A stretch of 64,000 bases of DNA from the human T2T-CHM13v2.0 reference genome, Homo sapiens: assembly GCF_009914755.1 (NCBI RefSeq), contig NC_060942.1; one strand, written 5' to 3'. The number at the start of each line of letters is the position of its first letter. Position 1 is the first letter of the stretch. The position numbers were made by a program, and so were the translations under genes. Positions 27,050 to 44,518 of the stretch are shown here, in pieces. A model generated the notes under the pieces. That model was not told where the DNA came from, searched no databases, and saw only the letters and a list, made by a program, of their open reading frames with translations.

Positions 27050-29520
27050 CTGTATAAATACATCTGTTCTTTGGTTGGAAATTTGGTTTTATGGTTTCCA
27101 TTTTTGGTGGTTCTGGAAATGAATTAATGGTTTACGGAGTTATAGTCTCTGTTGGGTGAAACGTGACAAGAAATTTGGTTTGTTAGTCTTTTGTTTGTTT
27201 GCATATTGGCCTATTTTGAGCTCAAACAATTAAGTTTGTGCCCAACGGAAAGAGAACCTCTTGTGTATCTGAACCGGTGAATTTTGTGTTTCTGTGCTTA
27301 ATCTTTACCTATTGCTAAAATTTCAGAATTGAAACTACCAGTTCTCTCTGAGTATTCCTAAATGTCTATATTTCATAAAGTCCTTTACTTTATATAGTGT
27401 ATTGTAATTATTCTATCTCCAAATTGTCTTTGCAAATTAGATTATAAAATCTGTAAAATTAAAGAAGCTTAGTATATAGAGATGAAATCAAATTAAAAAT
27501 GTTTAAATTTTCCAAGAAAATAGAATTATTTCTAATATGTTTAATAAACTAGAAAGGAAATGTATTTTTACAGAAACCAATTCAAAAGCGTTAAGAATTC
27601 AAGTTCATAAAATGTAGGTAAATCTTCAACAAACAAAACTAATACTTTTGGTCTAACAAAACAGCTCTGTCTTCTGTGGTTTATGAGTGGTAAGTATAAT
27701 ACATGCGTATGTTTGTATTCCACTTGCATATGTTTTCCCTTTACTTATATATATTTACTTATCAAATAAACTAACATTATTGCTACTTAATGTTTAAGGT
27801 TATAAAAAATTTAAGTTGTTGTTTAACCAAAATGAATCGTTATTCTGACAAACTATTCCAATATTAATTATGTTTGTAGAATGTTACCTTGAAGATAATC
27901 CAAAATTTTGGCCAATAATATTTTGGAATGATATTAAATGGAGTTAATTCATTGATAATTATTAAATGCCTAGCTCATTTCTAAGATAAAATACTGAAAC
28001 ATTGATAACTAGGCAATATTTTAAATTTATATGCACTTCTTATTTTTCTATACCACAGAAAAGCACTAGCTTTAGAACTTATTTTCTAAACTACAGGGAA
28101 GCTCTGTTAATAGATATGTTCATTTTTGCTTCTTCAAGCAGTTTTTAAAGAAATAGTTGTAGGTATAGAAACTAATGTTATGTGTATTCATGAGCTTTGT
28201 TGCTAAAATGCTGATGCCTGGCAGACAGTTCACAACTGTTCATCCTATAGTTTCCTTTGTGCAATAGAAGTTACTTTGATTAGAAGTTGTAATTAGTAAA
28301 ATTAGGTTATAATTAGTATACATAAATGAGACTACTGAGAGCAAAAATGACATGGAAGTACAAGTTTGTATACAAGATAATTAGATAGGTATTTGTTTAT
28401 CAAGAGAAAAACATGTATTTTTGTCCTAAAGTAAAATGTCTGGTCATTACAGAATGAGAAAGAGAAGAGTGAAGAACAAAATTTGAGTGGATATAGAAAG
28501 TTCTAGGTCTGTGGAAGAGGGATTTTGATTTGCCTTGAACTGCACATACAAATAATGAGTCTGAAAAGTAGCACTAAAATTTAAAAAGATGTATTAAGAT
28601 TATGCTGAAATTTCTAACCCAAGATTCAGCAAAATAAGAATTAATCACAGAGGATTGAATGAACTGATGAGGGATGGCTGCAATTTTTGTTTTGCTGTTG
28701 ATATTATGGATATCTTAATGATCTGTTTTCTGGATATTTTAGAAAGCCCTTTTTCTTTCTTCTTAAGCTGTCTGTAACTCAAAACAACTTAGTAAATTTT
28801 GTTTCTGTACTCTGAAATAAAACACTTTAAAATGATCTCTTATTATTTCTTCCTGGCCCTCTCCCCCTAGAATTCAGAAATTCTTATTGAATCTTACTAT
28901 TCATGACAATACAGTTATTTGCATACGTTCAGTGAAAAAAAGCATTCTTTTTTTATTAGGATGTAATTGGAAAAAATGATTTTGCAACCAAGAACTTGCC
29001 TGGAATGTCATATTTGAAAACCATGCTCATTTAATCAACTATGACCAGAAACTTTTAATCAAGTGAGATTGATTTTACAGAGCAATATTTACAAGACCCT
29101 CTTGGGAAAATGGAACCTGTTACTGGTCTACAGTGCTCTCAGCCTTAATGGTGAGCGAGAAAGTTTACTTCCTGGTAAGTCCAGGGAACTTAGGATATTT
29201 TGGAGACAGAATTCACCTAAATGTATAGTTACTTCAGGTAAATCCTGCTGGAGAGTGTGTCTTAGTTTAGATTCCTAGAGTCAAGAAAGTTTGTTAAGAC
29301 AATTTAAAAATCCTTATGTGGGATTTCTTAGGAAAATTCCGGTAAAGTTACAAAGGCCTACATGGTAAATTTACACTTTTGCTACAGCTCTGTAAATAAT
29401 CAGTCAGATCTAATGAGAACAACCTTAGTTTGTTATTAATAATAATAATTATTATTTCAGAAAATTTTTGATAGAACAAAGGGAGAACCTCAGGGAAAAA
29501 AAAATGTGTTTCAATCAAAC
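27050..29520 (+). mobile_element. ERV1 MER4-group non-autonomous internal sequence (MER21/MER34/MER110-int-like)
   Basis: ctggaatgtcatatttgaaaa...atgaccaga...ccctcttgggaaaa...cagccttaatggtgag...ggaacttaggatattttgg...gtaaataatcag match recalled MER4-group internal motifs. Left boundary uncertain. Confidence 0.6.
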
Positions 29521-29932
29521 ACTGCTTCTATAGAACATACTATTTTGCATAAAATAGAACAATATTGATTGATTTATTATAAAGTATTATAGGTATATTT
29601 TTAAGAAAACATGACATACACTACATATTCTTATAATCAGAGTAATTAAAATGTTAGAAGGGTTTGTATTAGGAAATGAGGGATATTCAAATGCACTGCA
29701 ATATAAAATTGTAACATGAAAGTATTTCTAGATGAATGTATTTTAAAAAGTCTTATCTGTTGAGTAAATGGTATGCTCTGGCATTAATTGTATGTGATTC
29801 AATAAAAAGAGAATCTCAATTAACTCTACAGTTAGACAGAAGTATAAGGTGTTTTGTTTACTGGAAGACAGAAGTTGACCATGCATATTAGATACTGATT
29901 TAGACACATCAACATTTAAATAAGGAAATATT

Positions 29933-30288
<356 letters not shown>

Positions 30289-30526
30289 TTACTATAGAAA
30301 ATAACAAAAATAATATTATTTCACTCCAAAATGAGATCTGAGGTCACAAATGAACAACCTGAGTAATGTCAAGCAGACATGTTTTTGCTTCTGTTTCTTT
30401 TTAATTTTTGACCACCACGAAGTTATAAAATAGAGATCTTATAAAAATAGAGATCTCTGATCTGAAAATCCAGATTTTAGACTTCTATTTTTAAACATGG
30501 AAGAATTTTCTCAAGCTTAGTAATCG

Positions 30527-30832
30527 GGCTTAACTGAAAATTTTGCTCATTATTAGTAATTCCCCCTTCTCCCTAGCCCCCGGGTAACCATCATTCCTCT
30601 ATTTGATTCTATGAATTTGACAATTAACAATAAAAAAGATGTGAAAACAACCTAAGTGTCCATCAACAGGTACATGGATAAAGAAAATACACACTATACA
30701 CACAATGGAATACCATTCAGCCACAAGGAGGTTGCAGTATGCAACAATATGGATGAAACTTGAGGATATTAGTCTAAGTAAAAAAAGCCAGTCACGGAAA
30801 GACAAATGCTGTATGATTCTACTCATAGGAGG
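30527..30832. mobile_element. L1MB-like 3'UTR fragment in two opposite orientations
   Basis: 30527-30622 antisense (ccctagcccccgggtaaccatcattc...atgaatttgac); ~30640-30832 sense (aacctaagtgtccatcaac...gtatgattctactcataggagg). Confidence 0.75.
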
Positions 30833-31133
30833 CACACTGCCTGTCTTTGAGTCTGCCAAAAGAAATTGATGATGATTGACTTCTTTGCCAGGGCATGCTC
30901 TGAATGAATTTCTTCTGGTTTGTTCTCTTTCAGATCTTCTTTGCAGACTTCGCAATACCTTATCTACTGTACTACTGCTCACGTGTTAGCACAGAGCATC
31001 CTGTGTGCAATTCCTCTCAGAGTCCAAATTTAAGGGAGAAATCCAGCTCCTTCTGCTTCCTCCTTGCCCTCAATCTGTCTAAAATTCCTAGCATTCATTA
31101 ACGCATGGTGTTGAATTTCTTCTTAAGAACAAG

Positions 31134-31175
31134 TCAGACTAGATCGGGCACATTCAGGATGGTATGGCAGTAGAC
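31134..31175 (-). pseudogene. 5S rRNA 5' fragment (nt 1-42), antisense, fused to an L1
   Basis: Reverse complement is gtctactgccataccatcctgaatgtgcccgatctagtctga, versus recalled 5S GTCTACGGCCATACCACCCTGAACGCGCCCGATCTCGTCTGA: 37/42 identical. Confidence 0.9.
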
Positions 31176-31177
31176 AG

Positions 31178-31869
31178 AAAAAAGTCAGGAAACAACAGAT
31201 GCTGGAGAGGATGTGGAGAAATAGAAACACTTTTACACTGTTGGTGGGAGTGTAAATTAGTTCCACCATTGCAGAAGACAGTGTTGCGATCGCTCAAGGA
31301 TGTAGAACTAGAAATACCATTTGACCCAGCAATCCCATTACCGGGTATATACCCAAAGGGTTATAAATCATTCAAATATAAAGACACATGCACACGTATG
31401 TTTATTGCAGCACTGTTCACAATAGCAGAGACTTGGAACCAACCCAAATGTCCATCAATGATAGACTGGATAAAGAAAATGTGGCACATACTCACCATGG
31501 AATACTATGCAGCCATTAAAAAGGATAAGTTCATGTCCTTTGCAGGGACATGGATGAAGCTGGAAACCATCTTTCTCAGAAAACACAGGAACAGAAAACC
31601 AAACGCTGTATGTTCTCACTCATAAGTGGGAGGTGAACAATGAGAACACATGGACCAGGGAGGGGAACATCACACACTGGGACCTGTCGAAGGGGATAAG
31701 GCTGGGGCAGGGATAGCATTAGGAGAAATACCTAATGTAGATGGCGGGTTGATGGGCGCAGCAAACAACCATGGTATGTGTATATCTATGTAACAAACCT
31801 GCATGTTCTGCACATGTATACCAGAACATAAAGTATAATTAAACAAACAAACAAACAACAACAAAAAAA
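31178..31869 (+). mobile_element. L1PA7/8-like 3' fragment
   Basis: ORF2 C-terminus ([14 protein letters not shown]...HCWWECKLV), 3'UTR and an (AAAC)n tail. Confidence 0.95.
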
Positions 31870-34800
31870 TTGACTTGTATACTGAGACCTTGATAAATTC
31901 ACTTTTGATTTCTGGTAGCTTATTCGTAGAGTTTCCTATGAATCATGTTTATGTGAATAAAGCCACTTTAACATCTATTTTTTTGTTTTGTTTTGTTTTT
32001 TAAATAAAATGAAAGTCAGAACCTTGACCTAGATTCTGCATACCCAGATCTCTTCACCTGCTGCTTGATTATTAGAGTTGAAGGAAAGCTGCCTTGACTC
32101 ATCCTGCCTTTCTACTTAACACCAGATTAATTGTGTGCTTGTGACAATGCTTGATTTCAAGCTTGCTGCAAGAGATGAGATTTCTACAAAATTTAGTTCA
32201 AACATTTTCTTAAGTTGGGGAGTTTTTAAAGGAAAAAAAGTGACTAGAAAACATTTTTTGATGATATTTAAGAAACGCAATGTCTGGTTAAAGGTTATTA
32301 GACTTCTTACAAAATTGAAATTTAGCTTTCTGAATAAATTCAACTCACCAGAATGGAATTTAATCTTGCGGCATCTTTCAGAAATTATTCAGATGTTTCC
32401 TTTAAAAGGGTTGTTAATTCCAACAAATAACTTAGTTTGTTCCAGATAGTCTCTTCATCAGTTTAGACAGTTTGCTTTTTTATTTGCTTTCGGAATTCGC
32501 TCTTTGAGCACTAGCATGTTAGAGTGCATAAATTATTTTACTTCATTTTTTTTTTACAATGAACTTAAGCAGAATCTCTAATTCGATAACCAAGGTTAAG
32601 TGATTATTTGTTCTAAGTGTCATTCACCGTCCTCTTCCCTTAGACAATAATTTTTAGACACTTGGCTTATACTTAACAGCAATAAGCTGTGACTTGTAAG
32701 CGGTATAAAAGAATGAAGTAGATATTGAATTAGCATTTTAAAATATTTCAGGTGTTTTTTTTTAACCTCTTTCTTCCCAGTCTAATAAAATTTCATCTAC
32801 CAATAGGCTAGTTTTCATACAAAAAAAATCTTGAATTCTACCAGTTTTATTAAGAAATTTTTTTTTCGGAAATCCGACGACCAAGAGATACCAGTCCAGA
32901 TCTTCTTTTCATCTTACTTACTGTATAGGTTAATGGTAGTGGCTTTCACAGCTTCCCACTGGCTTATTTTATTCAAATTCAGAAACTTACTCTGAACTGT
33001 TTGTTTTCTCCCTGGAAATGTGCTTCTTACTCCTAAATGTTTCATTTATTATGGATTTACATATGTCAGTTGTTTGAAAAGCCTCTAGGGTAAGGTTCTA
33101 GGTGAATCTTTAGCATTGTAAAAACAGCTTGAACATAATTTGAGACATTGCCAAACATGTTTGTATCACGTTTTGATTTTATTTTTATGAGAATCTTTGA
33201 TTGATAATTCAGGTTTTTTTTTTCCTTTTTTTCAGTTGGCAGGTGCTCAGGGAAAGAAAGAATATACATATTTAATCAATAGATGTAGTGACACTGGTTA
33301 CTTACAGGTAAGGTCAATACAAATTTCTAAAACAAATTGATTTTATGCATTTGCAATGCCTTTTGAAAACTATTTACAAATATTGTAGAATGAACACAAG
33401 ACAGTCTACTTCCTATTTTACCTCATGACTCATTGCATGAGTAATTCACCATCTGTGCCTTGATTTCTCAATTATATCCTCTAGAATCATATTTTACATG
33501 TTTCCATATGAATAAAAATGGTACTCTTACATCAATGGAAAGGGAGAGTTTCTACTTTTCTGGTTAGTTTTGTCAGCAGAAGTAGAAAAATATATATTCA
33601 AAGAAACAATATATGACACTTACCCATACCCCTATCACAAATATGTATAGTTCAGTCAATTTTACATTTCAAACTGGCCATAAATGACTATCAGGACTAA
33701 AGGATCCCTGAAGCTAACCAAACTGGCCCTTTTTATAAAGCATGAATCTCTTTAGAACACGCCCAGTAAGTGGGTATGAACATGAGGAAGTCCACTTCAT
33801 TTTTTAAACAATTTTACTTGTTAGAATCATCTTTGAAAATGAGTTTTGCCCTCCCAGGAACTCCTCCATGCACTTAATTTGCATTAGTCTTACAATATTT
33901 CCAGATTCATTTCACTATACTGTTTTGCAAATAAATAGCTGAAATGCAAAAATATTGATTTTCTTGCTCAAGTTTACAGAGCTAGTACACAGTAAAGCAG
34001 AATTTCCCATCCTACTCTGATTCACTCCATATTTTCTTCATTTTGATAGTCCTCTGATCATATTACCCATATTTTCTGTGCCTTGAGCAAACGGTGACAC
34101 AGGAGAAATATAGATAGCCCCTCCCTGAGAAAAGAATACCAAGCATTTATTCATATCCCACCGATGTAAGGCCTGGTTTTACTACAATTATTTTAGATTT
34201 CACTATGCAGTTCCCTAATGGATGTCTCCTGATCACCACTAACACATCAATAATTAACTTTGGATTTTCCTTCAGACCAAATCAATAAGAACAAATTTGA
34301 ATAGGGAACTGAATTGTTGCTACCTAATGCATTTTTCTAGATAATAAAAGCAAAATAAAATTAAATTACTAGGTGATTTAAAAGGTTATTTTATAATCTG
34401 TGGATTTACCCATTGAGTCACTTTCTGAAGTACAAAGGATCATATATGGTCTTATCTGCTTATCAAACATTTCTCAACTTTCATTCATTGCTTGAATCAC
34501 TGCTGCCATTCTTAAATGAGTATAAAAGAATAAACTACTGAGCTATGTCAAGTAAGAGAAGCTGCCAAATAGATTTCAATAAATAGTCTTGATAGGACTT
34601 ACAATTTTTAATTAGTTCAATCAGCACTCATGGAGAATATAATTACAAGGAGCTCTCTTCAGAACGGTGCCCCACGTTTAGACATATTTCTGAAAAATGC
34701 CCTAAAGGCCATTTTTAATTAAATGTAGACTTTTATTCCCCTTAAGAATCACTTTCAAGGCAAAAAAAAATTCTAAATACTTTAGAAGGAAAGAAAAATA

Positions 34801-35184
34801 TTCTTACATTCGGTGCACATTTCCTGTGATATCCTTCAGGGACAGTTCCTGCCAAACATGACCAAAGGGTGTTTTACAAGTTTAGATAACTGTTTCAGTT
34901 ACAGAGGTAACATGCCTAGTAAGCCGTTAATTATATAGAAGTATTTTTCCTGAAGGTATACATGGATTGCCAAAAGTTTATTTCTGTAGGTCATGTTGTA
35001 TATTTCAAAAGTTAAGCAGTATTTATAATACCCTCACCAAAATAAGAATTTTATACCCAGAAAAATATCAAAAACAAATATGAAACAATAATTAAATCAT
35101 TCTCAATCCAATATAAACTCATAAAATAGGATAATTTCTTCAATTGTTTCATACTATAATGATAATAACCATTACAAATGTTTA

Positions 35185-35380
35185 TGGAATATTTTTATGT
35201 GGGTGGTCATTTTCCCTGTACTAAATTATATAATTCAACAACTTTTAAAGAAAGGTATTATTATTAGCTCATTTTATAGATGACAAAACTGAGGCACAGA
35301 AAAGTTGACAGATAAGCCACACTGTTAATACGTAATCAAACTGTAACTCACAGCCAGGCCATAAGGCTTCAGTGCCTCAA
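35185..35380 (-). mobile_element. MIR fragment
   Basis: cattttatagatgacaaaactgaggcacaga MIR core. Confidence 0.75.
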
Positions 35381-35745
35381 CTCATCACAAAACACAGACC
35401 ACATATTGAACGATTGCCTACATGTCTACCTAACTCATTGACTGCATGATTTGAATGCTGACCATCCTACTATATCATAATTGAAACAGCTGCCTAGTGA
35501 TAAATCCTACCACCTTTTCTAAACAGTGATCTGCTAATATTGTCAGGGTTTAGTCACTTATCAATAATAAGGCTAAAGTGATTTTCATTAAGACTAATAA
35601 TAAATATTCCTTTAGTATCTATTGTTTTGTGCCATAAGGATCTTTCTATATGTAACAGATATATTCCAAAAATGTGCCTTTAAAGAAAATTTTCATAGCA
35701 ATATTATTGTCATTATAAAATTATTAGAATTATGTTGAATTACTT

Positions 35746-35799
35746 TTTTTAATTTTATTTTATTATTATTATACTTTAAGTTTTAGGGTACATGTGCAC
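35746..35799 (-). mobile_element. Ultrashort young L1PA 3' terminus with 8-bp TSD
   Basis: ttattatactttaagttttagggtacatgtgcac; TSD aattactt at 35738-35745 and 35800-35807. Confidence 0.9.
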
Positions 35800-37829
35800 A
35801 ATTACTTAAGAGTCCACTTCATGGAAAAATATGAATAACATTGTTATGCTTGATTAATAACGAACTTGTATCCAATAATTTAAATTCCTTATTTTGTAAA
35901 CTATGTATTTTTAAAAAATTCAGTAATATCACAAAAACATAAGCATAAGAAAACATGAGTCAGTATTTTATTAATCAAAATAACATGCTAACACATTGTT
36001 AAAATAACATTATTAAAATAACAACATTATTTGAAAGGAGAAGAATGCATGTTGAATGCATTTTATATTTTTAACAATAAATCAAAATTTATTTAAAATT
36101 AAACAATTCTTTACAGATATATTCCAGCAGAAAGATAGCTATACATGGAGGAGATACACAGTATGTATTTCATTCAATTAATCATGTGTATAATAAAAAA
36201 TTAATATTACTCCAAAAAGACAAATATCAAGTCTCTTAAACAGAAAACATTACTACTACAATCATCCTAAAGTGGTGTAGAGATATTCAAGTACAAATCA
36301 CAGATAATTGATTAATGTTTACATTGCATCACAAATCCTTAAAAGTTTCTAATCAAGGTGCTAAGAAAACTTGTTTACACCTCTATCATTAAACAAAATC
36401 ATTTCCTTCCAGAAGCCTTTAACCCTGGAAAAGCGCAAAGTATAATTTCAAATAACATTATAACTATAAGAAAAAAATGCAGTAACAACAGAAAAATAAT
36501 CTTTTATTTTAATGGATTCTGAACAATGATTTTTCAATGTAAAAATAACTGTCTTGAAAACAATAATAAAAAAAATCCTGTGACTTAAAATGTGAATTTT
36601 TCCGTAGAAAGCCCATCCTACTATTGCAAAACAAATTCTATTTGCCACAAAAAATCTCCACTCTATCTCATCCCCATTCAGCACAGAAGAATTTAGAAAT
36701 CCAAAGATTAAATTACAATTTAATTTTAAATAAAAAACTGAAAGTTCAATAAAAAATTAAGTCACTCATAAAACATTCTTTACAAATCTGTTTAAATCTC
36801 TACCTCTGTTATAGTTAACAGAAAAAAAAAAGTCTCTAAGTTTGGCTTAAACTGACCTAGAGGTAAAACCTAATTTACTATGAATAATCTGGGAAACTTT
36901 ACACGAATTTCTTTAAATCTTCAGATTTTCAATTCCACACATGTAAAATAAAAGAATAAAATAATTTTGTAGATATTTAGTAAGAATTAAGAAAAATACT
37001 GTAAACGCCAATAAGGCTGGCCAATGGTAGGTATACAAGAAATATTTTCTGAAAGCAAACATAATTTTAAATAATATTAATATCATGTAATTATAGAAAA
37101 TATTCTAGGATATATGTTTATGTTTTTTCTCACTTATGTAAAGTTTTTCTCAATATGCTAAAAAATGTTAGATAACATGAAAGGCATTAAGGATGTAGCT
37201 GTAAATGTTTTAGTCATTGTGAATGAGTTTTAGAGATAGTTGATTTATACATGTATAAAATAAAAAATGTCAACATTTTTATACAAGCCTAACTTTTGAA
37301 GAAGTTAAAAATATAGAACAATATACGTCAGACCATTTATGTAATGATAATAAAATCTAAATATAATATTTTTATTAATATTTGGAAAGTTTTTTCCCTT
37401 TGAAAATTGTTAATACACATCAAATTTATCTTTTCTAATATTTAGCTTATAAAGTATAATAGCATACATTTTTTACTTAACACGATAGCTTATGAAATTT
37501 CTATTTCATTAAAGATTCCTCAGAAATATTATCCTTAATGGTAGTTTCAATTTATAGCCTCTCAACATTCTATGATTTATTAAGCTATAATTCAAACACT
37601 GCCTTTTAAATAACCCATTTGTTTCCAAATGAATTTGATGTTTCTTTTATCACACATAAATCTGTTCATTTCTTTATTTATTTAGTAATTTATTACACAT
37701 GTTGTTCCATAAACATGACTTTTGCTTGTTTAGATAATAGCAGGCCCTTGATTTGAATAAGCAACCATCATAGCATTACACCATCAAAAATGTTTTGCTC
37801 ACTTTCTACCCCTGGTAAACACATTCTCT

Positions 37830-40240
37830 ATCCTTCCTATGAAGTACAACTGAAAACTCTAGACATTATACATGAAACAATCATAAGAAGAGTCTGAAAA
37901 ATGGAGAGAAGGCAGAATGGCCCGAGGTCTCAGGATTTAAGAAATGGCATGATGGTGAGGTCCTTAGATTTTCTTTCTGTCTCATATATCCTATATATAA
38001 AGATGAAGATGCTGGCAGCAAAAATGCTACAGGGCTAAGACAAATTAGCTCTCTAAAATTCTGTTCTCTCTAGCCATATGATAAAGAAAGAAGTGATCTA
38101 ACAAGAGAGACCTATTTCCAGCTGTGGCTTCACTCTCACCCAGGCCCACAATGATCAAGTGGGGAACCACAGCTTTTCCCTTACTGGATTCTAACAGGTC
38201 TCCTTAATTCCCACTCCAAACCAGGATAGTGTCAGACAAGGCTAAGGAGGGAGCCAGGACTTCATTCACACCAGGTGGTAAAAAGGTCTCCACTCTCCAT
38301 GATCAGACAAGGCTAAGGAGGGAGCCAGGACTTCATTCACACCAGGTGGTAAAAAGGTCTCCACTCTCCGTGAAGTCTCTGGAGACAATGTGGAAACGTT
38401 AATGAGGCTCTCCCATCTGGACTTGCCAGGAATGTATCAGTGAAGGCCTAGTGGGGAGCTGGACCTATCACATCCTCCCAGCAATAACGAGAAGCCACTT
38501 CCTGTTGAGTATCAATAGAAGGAAAACTGGACTTACAAATTCTACTACCAGGAATGAACACAGAGACACCAAAAATTTTTAAGTTATTTTAAAAAGAAAA
38601 TAATAGGCAGGAATCTCACAAAATATGTACAATATTTTTATGCTGAAAACTATACAACAGTGGTTTAAAAAGTCAAAGAACGCACAATGGAGAGAAATAT
38701 CATGTTTATGAATTAGAAGACAAAATGTAGTAAATTTGTTTATGCTCTATTAATTGATACACTGGGTTAATGCAATTTCTATCAAAATCTCAGCAATATT
38801 TGTTGATGTAGAAAAGATGTTTATTCCAAAACTTATGTGGAAAGGCAAAGGAACTATATGATCTAAAACAATATTGAAAAAGAAAAATAATGTGAACAGA
38901 ATCAGTCTATCCAATTTCAAGTTGTATTATATACAGTACCAGCAATCCAAACTGTGTGGTACTGGTGAAGGCATAGACATAAAAATCAATAGAACAGAAT
39001 AGAGAACCCAGAAATAGACCCACATAAATATGCCCAACTGAATTTTGACAAAGGTGCAAAAGCAGTTCAATTGAAGTAAAATGGTCCTTTCAGCAAATAG
39101 TGGTGCTGAAGCAATTAGACATCCATGGAGGCGGGCAGTGGGGAGGATGTCCAAAATATCTCACAAATTATACAAAAAGTAACTCAAAATGGTTCATGGA
39201 CTTAAATGAAACCATGAAAGTATAAAACATTTAGAAAAAAATAAATAAACCGAAGAAGCAGCTTCAAAATATAGGTCTAGACAAAGAGTTCTAAGAATTC
39301 TGAAAATTCTGCTAATACCCTAGTCTTAAAGGGAAAAGTGGTTACATTAGAATTCATAAAATCAAAATTTTGCCGTGAAAAGGACCCTATGAAGATATTG
39401 AAAAAGACAAACGACAGACTGAGGGAAAATATTTGTAAATCACACATCTGACAAAAACTATTATCTAGATGCATGAAAATCTCTCAAAATTCAACAGTAA
39501 AAACAACAAAAAATCCACACTGAACATGAGCAACATATATAAAAAGACATTTTACCAAAATATACAGGTGACAAATAAGCACATGAAAATATGTTTGACA
39601 CCATTCCCTATTAAAGAAATGCAAATTACACCTATAATTCGATATCATTATACACTTATAAAATAGCTAAAACAAAATTTTGTAACAACATCAAATGCTA
39701 GTAAAGATGTGGGGAATCTGGATCAATCATACATTAATGATGGAAATACAAAACGATAAAACACTCTGGAAAATAATTGTCAGTTTCTTGAAAAACTAAA
39801 CATGCATGCATTATACAATCCAACAATTGCATCTCTAGGCATTTATTGCCAAGAAATAAAGGGTTATGTTTAGAGACTGTCTATAAATAAAAGTTTAGAG
39901 CAGTTTTACTCATAATAACCCCAAACTGGAGTCAATCCAGTTGACCTTCTACATGTGAATGATCAAACAAGCTCTAGCATACCTGTATCATGGATTATTA
40001 TTCTACAATAACAAGGAATAAACTATTGATATACACAAAAAACTGGATGACTCTCCAAAGAGTTTTGCTGAGAAAAAAAAAAGCCATTCCCAAAAGGTTA
40101 CATATTGTATGATTCCAATTGTATAATATTCTTGAAATGATAAAAATCATAGAGATGGAAAATGATTACTGGTTGTCAGGGGTTAATAATAGGGTGTTTA
40201 TTGGGAAGGAAGTGAATATGGATATAAAAGTTCAAATGAG
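37830..40240 (+). mobile_element. Old L1MC/L1MD-like element (5' region, ORF2 end, 3'UTR); resumes at ~48093-48195
   Basis: aatagaacagaatagagaacccagaaatagacccacataaatatg; 3'UTR ccaaaaggttacatattgtatgattcca; continuation ccttgtggtaatgataatgttctgtat after 48093. Confidence 0.8.
38232..38373. repeat. 71-bp tandem duplication (1 mismatch)
   Basis: tcagacaaggctaaggaggg...ccactctcc(a/g)tga at 38232 and 38303. Confidence 0.95.
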
Positions 40241-41449
40241 AGATCTGATGTCAGCAAGATGGCAGACTAGGTATTGTCTACCGTCATTGATTTTAACAAG
40301 CACTTGTGAACAAGAATAGCTTTGTGGAAATCCCAAAGTCCAGTAAAGAAGTTCAGAAATGACACTGGAACACAAAATCTAAAAACAAACAACTGAAGAC
40401 TGTAATAACAGTTTTACCTCACCCGTCATCTTCCCCAAAGCAGCACAGTTCAGTGTAAAGAGAGACACTTGTTATTTCTACCACAGAAAAAAGTGAGTGC
40501 ATAGTGAGTGCCTGCTTTCCCCAACTGTGTGGGATGCTGTCCAAGAGAACCTCCTCTTTCTCACCTCACTTAGACTGCTGACATGACTGAGTGGTTGGGA
40601 GAAGCTGGGAGCAGGGAAAATAGGAAGAAACTCACGGAAACCAGGACTGTGAAGTGAAAAGATGGCCACCAATTACTTGTGGAGTCCATCCGGGAGCCTA
40701 CCTGGGAGCCACTCAGGAGGCTTCACCTGTGAATCCCTCAAACTGGCCCGTGGGCACCACCAGTAACTGAGAAAATCTGTCCCAACCTAACTTTATTTCC
40801 TCAGAAATGAAGGAGAAACTCACTGGTAAAGTTAAGTATGCAATCAAATTTAGAATATTCACATTATTATAACAGTGCCATGTAAATCACTCTTAACTCT
40901 AGTATAAAAATTAAAAGAGAAACTATTAAATATAACTGCAGCTAAAATAACACGTTAACGGATACATGATATAACAACATGTAAAATGTGACATCAAAAA
41001 ATAAAATATAGATGGAAGGAAGTACAAGTGTAGAGATGGTGTATGCAATTGAATTTAAGTTGTAATTGCCTTAAAATGTACTATTTTCTTTGTAAGATGT
41101 GTTAGGTAAACCTCATGTTAACTACAAGGCAAAAATTTATAGTAGATACGCAAGAGGTAAAAACAAATAAATCAAAGCTTACCAATGCAGTAAATTATTA
41201 AATTTCAGAGGAAAATAGCAGGAGAAGAAGAAAGGAACGATGGGACTGTCAGAAACAGTCAGAAAACACTTAACCGGATGGGAATACTAAGTCCTTTTAT
41301 ATAAATATTTACTTTAAAAGTAAATTGATTAAGCTCTGTAATCAAAAGAAGGAGTGGCTAAGTGGATAAAAATAAAAATCAAGACCCCACTACAAGCTGC
41401 CTGTAATAGACTTACTTGAGCTTTAGGGATAAACATAGAGTGAAAATAA

Positions 41450-44518
<3,069 letters not shown>

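Noticed and set aside
31134-31175. Functional 5S rRNA gene
   Set aside because: Only 42 of ~120 nt are present, without the internal control region and with 5 mismatches.
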